A stretch of 64,000 bases of DNA from an uncultured virus (IMG/VR IMGVR_UViG_3300037067_001926) (Duplodnaviria > Heunggongvirae > Uroviricota > Caudoviricetes): the IMG/VR virus record IMGVR_UViG_3300037067_001926; one strand, written 5' to 3'. Position numbers and translations under genes: made by a program. This document shows, one piece after another, positions 19,987 through 28,152 of this stretch (its first letter is position 1; the number at the start of each line of letters is the position of its first letter). The notes under the pieces were generated by a model. That model did no database searches. It was not told the origin of the DNA and saw nothing but the letters and a program-made list of their open reading frames with translations.

Positions 19987-20325
19987 ATGGAAGTTCTCTA
20001 CCGCAGCAGGAACGGACGCCTCACCGCGAAGGTTGAGGCGGACACTCCGAAGGCTCTCTTCGAGTCGATCGCGGAGTTCCAGGAAGTCTTTGAAGCGGAC
20101 GAGAAGTGCGGTAACTGCGGATCAACGAACATACGTTTCAACGTCCGCCACATCGACTCGTTCACATACTACGAGCATCGCTGCGAATGCGGGGCCGCTT
20201 TGGGGATGGGCCAGTCGAAGGACATGAAGAGTCTCTTCCCAAAGCGCCGGGACAAGGACGGCAATCCTCTCCCGAACAACGGCTGGGTGAAGTACCAACC
20301 AAGAGACGAATACGATCAGAGGTGA
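19987..20325 (+). CDS. Zinc-ribbon hypothetical protein
   Basis: CGNCGS...RCECGA; LFPKRRD..GWVKY. Confidence 0.65.
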   Translation: MEVLYRSRNGRLTAKVEADTPKALFESIAEFQEVFEADEKCGNCGSTNIRFNVRHIDSFTYYEHRCECGAALGMGQSKDMKSLFPKRRDKDGNPLPNNGWVKYQPRDEYDQR

Positions 20326-20329
20326 GACA

Positions 20330-22394
20330 ATGAGCAGACGACGATACGAGATCAAGGACGGCTCTGGCACATTGCGGTACGTGCTGGAGTTCGCTGACAT
20401 CCACGACAGCCGCAAGTTGGGGGTTACGAACAAGAGCCCTAATCTGTTCACGGTTAGTCGCGCCATGAACTGCAACGTCAACGACGCTGCGGGTTCCCTT
20501 ATTTGTTGGGGAGAGTCTTTCTGCTATAGAGGGGATCTCCCTGACACACGGAAGGGAGAGCGGGTGGCGCTGAGAGCAGCCCTGTTTGGGCGCTTCAAGG
20601 GCCCCAACCGCCAGGACCGCGCCCTGATCTGGCAGGAGTACCTCAAGCGTCGGCCCGTCCCACCGGACAAGAACAAGATGAATCAGAAGCAACGGGCCAA
20701 AGCCGTCAACAGGATCCTGGGCAAGCTGTTCCCTCCCGCTCCGCGGGTGTGCCTGTTCTACACCGGGCTGGCCAAGGAGATCGCAGACTACCGTGAACCA
20801 ACAGAGGTAAAGGAGACTAAGTAATGGGAGTCAGAGTGATCGCAGAACAACCGCAAGAAGTGCAGGTGGCGGTAGCAGAAGCTGAGCGCATCGTCGCCAC
20901 CACCAAGATGGATCGTCTGGAAGCTGCCGTCTCGACCGTAGAAGAGCAGGGTATCCAGAACGATGCCGGCATGACTCAGGCCAACGAGATCCTGCTGGTC
21001 ATCGCCGAAGGCAAGCGGATCGTCGAAGACTACTGGGCCCCGAAAGTATCGGCGGCGTATGCTGTTCACAAGATGTTGACCGCAGAGCGCAGTAAGTTCA
21101 CGAAGCGCTTCGATGCCCTTCGGGAGCGGCTTGAGAAGCCGATGAAGGAGTTCCGTTGGGCGCAAGCAGAGGAAGCTCGCCGGCGTCAGGCGGAGATCGA
21201 CAGAGCGGCCGAAGCCCTGCGCAAGCAGAAGCTGGCTGAGGCCCGCAAGCTGACGGGCGAAGGCGACTTGGCCGCGGCAGCGGAACTGAAGGCTGAGGCC
21301 AAGGCCATCGTCGCCCCGGTCGTCATTATGGATACCCCGAAGCTGGAAGGCACTAGCGAGCGTCACCCTTGGGTGGTAACTGTTGACGATTCGGTTGCGC
21401 TGGTGCAGGCTATCGCCTCTGGCAAGGTCTCCATGGAAGCCATCAAGGAGTTCAACCTCAGTTGGCTGAAGAGACGCGCGGCTGAGGTCAACGACAAGGC
21501 CACCATGGAGAGGATGTTCCCCGGCGTCAAGGCCAACCAGGACATCGTCTTCGGGGCAAGCAGGAAGTAGACAACCATCCGCTCCGCGGGCGCTGGCCAG
21601 AAGTGTGGCCGGCGTCCGCCCGGCGGATGGTAGAGATAACAAGGCATGACCATCCACCCAGTACTGAAGTATTGCCACAAGTGCAAGAGGTGGGTTAAGG
21701 CATGGAGCGGAACCACCAAGTGGTGCAAGGCTTGTCGTAAGGAAGAGTACCGGAAGTCCCAGGCTGTAAGCAAGATCAGACATCTCAGGAAAAGGAGAGC
21801 AGAACGTATGAGGTCCAAGAAGATTCAGCATGTTGGCGTGAGCGCTCACCGGCTGAAGAGCAATCCAATGGAGAAGGTGTTCGCTGAGGCGTGGAAGGAG
21901 CGGAACGACCCGGTTAGCTACCGCCCTATCGGAACGCTACAGACGCTGCTGTGCAGCAAGGGCGACGGCATCATCGAACGTGAGCTAACGCAGGAGGAGG
22001 CCACGGCCGCAGCCACTGTTATCCAGTGGCTAGGCAGCCCAGTCGGATTCTCGTGGCTTCGGCAGACGCTGGAGAATACGAAGAAGTTCGGCGGCGTGTG
22101 CTGCAAGGGGATGGAACTATGAGAAAGCAGAAGCTATGCACTGCCCTCCACATGCAGCCTGGGGACACCATAGTCTCCACCAGAGCCGAGCGCTGCTATG
22201 GCCCTGGTTGGGCTAATTCTATGCTCTGGGTCATTGTCCGAGGCGACAATGGAGTGCTGCGTGAAGAGTGTCTCCAACCACCCTCTCAACCAACCTTGAT
22301 TCGGACGATGTTCTCAGCACTCTCCGAGATGGATGGGATCGTTCTGCGCGAGTTGCAATCAGCGCTGATACCGCCCAGGAAAGAACCGAAATGA
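20330..22394 (+). CDS. Hypothetical genes 20330-20824, 20824-21570 (coiled-coil), 21646-22122 (CxxC pairs), ~22119-22394
   Basis: Co-oriented ORFs with RBSs. Confidence 0.6.
21574..21631 (+). other. Long intergenic stem-loop containing a palindrome copy
   Basis: ACCATCCGC..GCGGGCGCTGGCCA / TGGCCGGCGTCCGC..GCGGATGGT pair with a 6-nt loop; no U-tract. Confidence 0.65.
21614..21628. repeat. Dispersed palindrome copy 5 (1 mismatch)
   Basis: GTCCGCCCGGCGGAT, intergenic. Confidence 0.85.
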
Positions 22395-22618
22395 ACATCA
22401 TTGAAGCAGTACGCGCAATGAAGAATGGGGCAGTGGTTAAGCGGCGGAGGCGCAAGAGTACGTGGTGGAGGCTTAACCGCGAGTATGGCAGCACAATCAT
22501 GATTTCCGTGGTAGGAAAACGTGAGCCTTCTGAACACCACCATGCCCTGAATGCTAATGAACTTCTCGCTACCGACTGGGAGATTGTTGAGGGCTCTCCC
22601 GAAGGGGGATCGCAATGA
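22391..22618 (+). CDS. DUF2829/Tad2-like small protein
   Basis: MNIIEAVRAMKNGAVVKR...NELLATDWEIV matches the N- and C-terminal signatures of the DUF2829 family. Confidence 0.6.
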   Translation: MNIIEAVRAMKNGAVVKRRRRKSTWWRLNREYGSTIMISVVGKREPSEHHHALNANELLATDWEIVEGSPEGGSQ

Positions 22619-23529
22619 GCGCCGACAAAGCCGTGTACGGTATCGGCACTGAGGCTTGGCAGGTTTGCGCTGGGTGCGATGAGTCGCTGCCTTGCGCTAA
22701 GCGGTGCTGGGCGAAGCGTACCTGCCATCGTTTGGCCTTTGCTTACGATCCTCAGGTGCGACATCAGCACAGAGGGCTGGTCACCTGGGATCCACCAAAT
22801 GGGATTCGCTGGACGGGGATGGTTCGCATGGACTGGAACCACCTTGACGACCCTCTCCATTGGAGGAAGCCGCGGCGGATCTGCGTTGGCTACCACGGGG
22901 ACTGGGCACTCTTGCCGCAAGCCGACTTCGATTCCATCATCCACACTATGAAGTGTGCTCCCCAACATTTGTACTTCACACTGACGAAGCGCACTGATCG
23001 GTTACTACAGAAGCTCACTGGCTTCGATCCGAAGCCTCATGTCCTGCTGGGAGCATCGGCCTCCACGCAAGCGGAACTCGACAGCCGCGGGCCTGCCCTG
23101 AAGCAACTGGCTGCCGCCGGCTGGCGAACATGGCTGAGCCTGGAACCGCTGCTGGAGGAGGTTGACGTGAGCGCTTACGTTGAAGGCCAGGAGGAGCACG
23201 GCATCGACCTCTCCCGAGAAGCGGGGTCAAGAGTAGGAGCCTGCGTAGGATGGACGCCACCTGTTGCGCTTGTGCTGGTCGGTGGCGAATCGGGGAAGGA
23301 CGCCCGGCCGTGCTACATCCCAGACATTCGCAGGATCGTCGCGCAGTGCGGAGCGTCAGGCGTTCCATGCTTTGTGAAGCAGCTTGGGTCTGACCCCAGT
23401 GGGATTTACGTCGGAGTTAGGCGAGAGGTTCTTGGACCAGTGCTCCGTGAGGTTAACGACCCGCATGGCTCGGACCCCGAAGAATGGCCAGAGGATCTGC
23501 GGGTGAGAGAGCTTCCAGAATGGGAGTAG
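22615..23529 (+). CDS. DUF5131 (phage Gp37/Gp68) family protein
   Basis: N-terminal Cys cluster GCDESLPCAKRCWA, WRKPRRI, LTKRTDRL, SLEPLL, VGGESG, FVKQLG. Confidence 0.85.
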   Translation: MSADKAVYGIGTEAWQVCAGCDESLPCAKRCWAKRTCHRLAFAYDPQVRHQHRGLVTWDPPNGIRWTGMVRMDWNHLDDPLHWRKPRRICVGYHGDWALLPQADFDSIIHTMKCAPQHLYFTLTKRTDRLLQKLTGFDPKPHVLLGASASTQAELDSRGPALKQLAAAGWRTWLSLEPLLEEVDVSAYVEGQEEHGIDLSREAGSRVGACVGWTPPVALVLVGGESGKDARPCYIPDIRRIVAQCGASGVPCFVKQLGSDPSGIYVGVRREVLGPVLREVNDPHGSDPEEWPEDLRVRELPEWE

Positions 23530-23542
23530 AAAAAGGAGACAT

Positions 23543-23969
23543 ATGAGTTGGATTAAAGGTGATGACGCAGTAGAGCAGTCGCACTTCAATTACCTGGAGG
23601 AGCTGCGGCAGTCGGGAATCGTCAATATGCTCGGTGCCGCATCGTACCTGCGTAACGCATTCCCTGACGACTTCGAACCCAAGCAGGGCTTCCATGATGG
23701 CCCCGCTGGAGCGGTGCTGTGTAGGTGGATGAAGCTACATGACGATCCTGAACGGGTGCTGGCGGAGAAGCCGGCAGTACCAGAGGAAAGATGACATGAA
23801 GTGCTCATGGAAGAACAGAGACGATAACCAGCGACATGGTAATCTGCTAGGCTTCGTGCTTGCAGACACATTCTATCACGGCCAGACGTTATTCGCCGTG
23901 GTGTGCGCCAGAGACGGCAAGCCGCAAATGATTTCAGCAGAACGTGTCACCGTGAAGGTGGAGGACTAA
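23543..23969 (+). CDS. Two small hypothetical genes (23543-23794; ~23796-23969)
   Basis: RBS AAGGAG; the YLEELRQSGIVNMLGA motif is typical of small phage proteins. Confidence 0.55.
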
Positions 23970-23977
23970 CAATCCAC

Positions 23978-25723
23978 ATGCCACTCCGCGACTACCAAGA
24001 GGCGGCACTTAACGCTGTCGCCAGGTACGCATCCGAAGGAGTCACACGGCAGGTTATCTCCTGCCCAACGGGTACAGGCAAGACCGCTATCGCGGCGCAC
24101 CTTCCAGAGTACCTTGGGCTACAGCCCTACGAGGCTACCCTCTTCCTCGTTCGTTCAGACGAGCAGCAGGAGCAGGCCGCTAGGTCTTTCAAGTCATTCA
24201 ACCCTCACCTGTCTGTCTCAGTTGAGATGGGCAACCGCAAAGCGGACACTGACGCTGACGTGATAGTTGCCAGCGTTCAGACTCTCGCTCGCCCCAACCG
24301 TCGGGAGAAGTTCGGCCGGGATCTCTTCCGGCTGATAATCACAGACGAGTGCCACAGGTCAGTGTCTCAGCAGTACCTCGATGTCTTCCAATACTTCCGG
24401 GTTCTCAAGGGGGATGCAGAGTGCGACCCAAGCAGGTTCAATATCGGATTTAGCGCCACCCCTCGTCGACATGACACCCGCGGGCTTGAGCGCGTATTCG
24501 ACAAGATAGTATTCAACCGTTCCATCCGTGAGATGATCGTAGCCGGCTGGATGGCTGACGTACACTGCTACCGCATTGCTACCGGGACGGACATATCAGG
24601 GGTAGCGAAACGGCAAGGTGACTTCGCCACGGGCCAGCTTGAGGAGGCGGTCAACACGCCTGACCGCAATGCGTTGGTAGTTCAGAAGTACCTGGAGTTC
24701 GGAGCAGGGCTTCCGTTCCTGGCCTTTACCGTCGACGTACAGCACTCCGACGACTTGGCGGACACATTCCGCCAACATGGGATCGAGTGTCATGCGGTGA
24801 GTGGGAAGACTCCCATCGGGAAGAGGCGCGAATTAGTTGAAGCCTTCAAGGCAGGGCAGATACCTGGGCTGGCCAGTTGTCAGGTGTTTAGCGAAGGCAC
24901 GGACTTCCCGAATGCCACAGTCGGGTTGATGACAAGGCCGACGCTATCGAGCGTCTGGTACACGCAGAGCCTGGGAAGACTTCTTCGGCCATACCCAGCG
25001 CCGGAGGCTAAAGAGAACCACACCGGGTACGTGAAGCAGCACAGTATAGTGCTCGACTTCACGGACAACCCAGGGCGGTTAAGCCTTTTCAACGTGGCTA
25101 CCCTGTTCGGGCTCCATGCTGACTTCGACCTGAAAGGATCGTCCGCCCGGCGGACGGCCGAGGCCGTTGAACTCTTCGAGCACCAGCACCCTGGCCTCGA
25201 TCTTAAGGCGTACCCTGATCTCGACTCTCTGCAAGCCGCTGCCTATTCCGTCGACCTGTTCCGGCCGCTCTCTGTGCCGGCCATTGCCAAGCGCTTCAGC
25301 CGCTTCGCGTGGCTCCAGCGGAGTGAGGATACCTTCCGGCTGGCCCTGGCCAACAAGACCACACTGTACGTCGTGGAGAACCAGCTTGGGCAGTTCGAGG
25401 TAGAGATCCAGACCAACGGTAACCGGGCCCCGGCTGGGACTTTCGATACCGCGGAAGAAGCGTTCGCTTTCGCGGACAGCAACGTACCCGATGAGGTCAT
25501 TGGGGCAGCGCTGACAAACGCCCGGTGGAGGAACGCTCCTCCTTCGGAAAAGCAAGCGAGGGTTATCTGGTTGCGGGACAAGACTTTGCGCCAGCAATTC
25601 TCAAGTGACACTGCATATTTCAAATACGCCCGCAGCAGGTACTACGCGAAGGACAAAGCCTTTACGAAAGGCGCGTTTAGCCAACGGATTGACATGCTTA
25701 AGTTTAACAAAGGCGGACTATGA
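23978..25723 (+). CDS. SF2 DEAD/DEAH-box helicase
   Basis: LRDYQ Q-motif, PTGTGKT, DECH, SATP, FSEGTDFP and QSLGRLLR. Confidence 0.9.
   Translation: MPLRDYQEAALNAVARYASEGVTRQVISCPTGTGKTAIAAHLPEYLGLQPYEATLFLVRSDEQQEQAARSFKSFNPHLSVSVEMGNRKADTDADVIVASVQTLARPNRREKFGRDLFRLIITDECHRSVSQQYLDVFQYFRVLKGDAECDPSRFNIGFSATPRRHDTRGLERVFDKIVFNRSIREMIVAGWMADVHCYRIATGTDISGVAKRQGDFATGQLEEAVNTPDRNALVVQKYLEFGAGLPFLAFTVDVQHSDDLADTFRQHGIECHAVSGKTPIGKRRELVEAFKAGQIPGLASCQVFSEGTDFPNATVGLMTRPTLSSVWYTQSLGRLLRPYPAPEAKENHTGYVKQHSIVLDFTDNPGRLSLFNVATLFGLHADFDLKGSSARRTAEAVELFEHQHPGLDLKAYPDLDSLQAAAYSVDLFRPLSVPAIAKRFSRFAWLQRSEDTFRLALANKTTLYVVENQLGQFEVEIQTNGNRAPAGTFDTAEEAFAFADSNVPDEVIGAALTNARWRNAPPSEKQARVIWLRDKTLRQQFSSDTAYFKYARSRYYAKDKAFTKGAFSQRIDMLKFNKGGL
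25141..25155. repeat. Dispersed palindrome copy 6
   Basis: GTCCGCCCGGCGGAC in the helicase (SARRT). Confidence 0.95.
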
Positions 25724-26472
25724 CACTGACACCAAAGGAGATAAGAAGCCTTGTCTCGATGTTCCTTCAGACTGCGCCCGAAGGGTGCGAATCCGTGGAG
25801 ACCGCGGTCCTCACCCTACGGGCCAGTATCAAGGCCATCTGCGAAGAGTGGGTTGAGCGCAGCCGAACAATGAAGTGGGCCGCTGAGTACGTTGGGCCAG
25901 TGCTAGCGGCCGGCCTGGGTGCATCAGCCAACGTGAAGCAGCTTAAGAGTTTCGTCTCCTACTGGAGAGTGGCAGGGCTGGCCACGCCGCGGATCTTCTC
26001 TGCCGCGGAAGCGATCAAGATGGCGGAGAAATTCGGCTGCCACGAGGAGTTAACCGCAGAGCGGGTAGCCGCAGTGGCCAAGCTCACGGGACGTCACATT
26101 GTACGCCAACCAGAAGACTTCGCTGAACTGATCTTCCTGCTGACAAGGCACACGTACAACACGTTCCTTCGGGACGTTGCGCTCGCTTGCGCCGGCTCGC
26201 TGAGCAAGGGGTCAGGAACGTACTCTGAATACTACGCAGAGCGGCTGAGGACGATAGAGATGCAGAACTCCGCCGGTTGCTCAGGCCCACGCATAGCGGC
26301 GCTACTCAGCACGCATTCTACGTTCAGCCTCAACGACTTGCGAAGTCTTTTGAATGGACTACTTCCAGAACGGACCATTATCTCAATGGCAAAGCACGAC
26401 TTGGCCAAGTTGTTCCTGCACGATTACTACACACGAGCCAACCGGCTGAAGATTTCTGATCCCGAAGGGTAG
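25720..26472 (+). CDS. Hypothetical protein
   Basis: 250-aa ORF, ATGA-coupled to the helicase. Confidence 0.6.
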   Translation: MTLTPKEIRSLVSMFLQTAPEGCESVETAVLTLRASIKAICEEWVERSRTMKWAAEYVGPVLAAGLGASANVKQLKSFVSYWRVAGLATPRIFSAAEAIKMAEKFGCHEELTAERVAAVAKLTGRHIVRQPEDFAELIFLLTRHTYNTFLRDVALACAGSLSKGSGTYSEYYAERLRTIEMQNSAGCSGPRIAALLSTHSTFSLNDLRSLLNGLLPERTIISMAKHDLAKLFLHDYYTRANRLKISDPEG

Positions 26473-26480
26473 ATTTCGTC

Positions 26481-26509
26481 TTGACTCTCCGCCTTGCGTG
26501 GTGCATACT
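26481..26509 (+). promoter_or_regulatory. Sigma70-type promoter for the replication operon
   Basis: TTGACT, 17 bp spacer, CATACT in the intergenic gap before the initiator gene. Confidence 0.65.
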
Positions 26510-26615
26510 TTCGAATACGGCCTCCCGGTCGTAAGTGCGGGGGAGGATCCCGCGGACCGAGCCTTCTCTCGGTCCTCCCCTCCCCCTCACGCCCTAGAAG
26601 GAGGGCGACGAAGCA

Positions 26616-27815
26616 ATGCCTAAGGTTGGTGATGTCTTCAACCCATACCGGATGTTCGCTGGGAACTTCGTCCCAGACGCGATCTCAAAATACAGAAGCC
26701 TCCCACCTGGAGCAAAGCTGGTCTACGCCAGACTGTGCCGGTATAAGGGGGATCACGGAGACGCCTACCCGTCAGCGCCAACTCTAGCAGATGAGGTTGG
26801 GCTATCGGAGCGCCAGATTTGGCATTATGTGAACCACCTCATTGACCAGAAATTCATCTCAGTGACCAAACGGGAAGGCCAGAGCAGTGTGTACAACTTC
26901 CTTTGGCATCCTTGTTTTGAGGGGGATACAGGCGAAGGCCGCAAGAAGGTGGCGCAGACTTCGCTTGTGGAACCAGTGCGGTTAACTGCACCACCCCCCA
27001 CCAGTGCGGTTAACTGCACTACCACCAGTGCAGTTAACTGCACCACACCAGTGCGGTTAACTGCACCCAAAGAGAATCACTTAAATGAATCACCTGAAGA
27101 GAACCAGACTCCCCCTACCCCCTCTTCGATTTGCTCAGCAGAAGACAAGGCCGATGAGATTTCCCGTATGCGGGCCAGGGCCAGGGGTGGGCACCGGCTG
27201 AAGGAGGATGAAAAGGAAGTCCTCATCCGATGGCTGCGTGAGCATGAACCGGATCACCCCGCTGAAGCGTTCGCCAGTTTTCTGGAAGACGACTATTGGC
27301 GCGAGAAGAAGCCGGCTTACCCGATCACAGGTTTCATTCGGCAGTTCGATAGGTACTCTGCCCCTGTCCCCCAGAACGGCAACGGCCACGCCCCCATAGG
27401 GCAGGCTGCCATCGAGGCTGGGGGGGGTGCCGCTACCCACGCGGAGGCTGAGCCGACCGCGCCTGAGCTTCCGCTGCCCTGCCAGGAATGGAATCGCGTT
27501 GTCACCGCGGGAGAGCCGGTGGACGAGTGGACCAAGCGGGACGCTCCCCTTTGGGCCGCATTGGTAGACCCCGATTTCATCACGGCGCTACCGGATGTTC
27601 TCGCCCTCTGCCAGAAGATCCACCAAGCGCAAGGGGATGAAGCATCTTGGCTGACTTTCCGGTGGCTTCTCAGGGTTAAGAACGGGCAGGACAACTGGTA
27701 CAAGCTCAAGACTGAAGGGCAGAGTTGGGTGAAGAAGAAGAAGGCCCCCGCTTCGCGCAAGTCCGCAGGTGCAACAGCACTAGAGGAGTACCTAAATAGA
27801 GGCGCAGAACAATGA
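26616..27815 (+). CDS. Phage replication initiator (N-terminal winged HTH, lambda O-like organisation)
   Basis: AKLVYARL...AYPSAPTLADEVGLSERQIWHYVNHL...FISVTKR HTH; internal iterons; upstream of DnaB. Confidence 0.8.
   Translation: MPKVGDVFNPYRMFAGNFVPDAISKYRSLPPGAKLVYARLCRYKGDHGDAYPSAPTLADEVGLSERQIWHYVNHLIDQKFISVTKREGQSSVYNFLWHPCFEGDTGEGRKKVAQTSLVEPVRLTAPPPTSAVNCTTTSAVNCTTPVRLTAPKENHLNESPEENQTPPTPSSICSAEDKADEISRMRARARGGHRLKEDEKEVLIRWLREHEPDHPAEAFASFLEDDYWREKKPAYPITGFIRQFDRYSAPVPQNGNGHAPIGQAAIEAGGGAATHAEAEPTAPELPLPCQEWNRVVTAGEPVDEWTKRDAPLWAALVDPDFITALPDVLALCQKIHQAQGDEASWLTFRWLLRVKNGQDNWYKLKTEGQSWVKKKKAPASRKSAGATALEEYLNRGAEQ
26973..27066. repeat. Four palindromic iterons, putative replication origin
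   Basis: CCAGTGC[G/A]GTTAACTGCAC at 26973, 27001, 27025 and 27048, followed by an A-rich stretch. Confidence 0.85.
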
Positions 27816-28141
27816 CAATTAACGAAGAGAACAAGCGGTGGGCAGCCGGCAAGCTGTCCAGGTTCAGTGAATGGTTGGGGTTCCCGAAGACGCCGGAGGG
27901 GATCGACGCTTACGCCAGATCATTGCTGCGGCTGGTCCACAACAAGACAGTGCGTGAGATCCTAGCGGAGAGCGGAGTCACGAAGTTCGACAGGTGCTCT
28001 CTTCCGCTGGATGCCAACGACGCGGACTGGCTCCTGGACTTGGTGTACGATTCCTTCGAGGAGTTCCCAATGCCGATCGCTTTGCGAAGGGTGTACACCG
28101 ACAGGTTGCCGCCGGCCACAAGCATACACGGTATCGACTAA
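27812..28141 (+). CDS. Hypothetical protein between the initiator and DnaB (possible loader/adaptor)
   Basis: Position and ATGA coupling only. Confidence 0.5.
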   Translation: MTINEENKRWAAGKLSRFSEWLGFPKTPEGIDAYARSLLRLVHNKTVREILAESGVTKFDRCSLPLDANDADWLLDLVYDSFEEFPMPIALRRVYTDRLPPATSIHGID

Positions 28142-28152
28142 CCTTCCCCCGA

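Noticed and set aside
27994..28152. N-terminal extension of the DnaB ORF
   Set aside because: It overlaps the upstream gene; DnaB-like sequence begins at ATG 28153.
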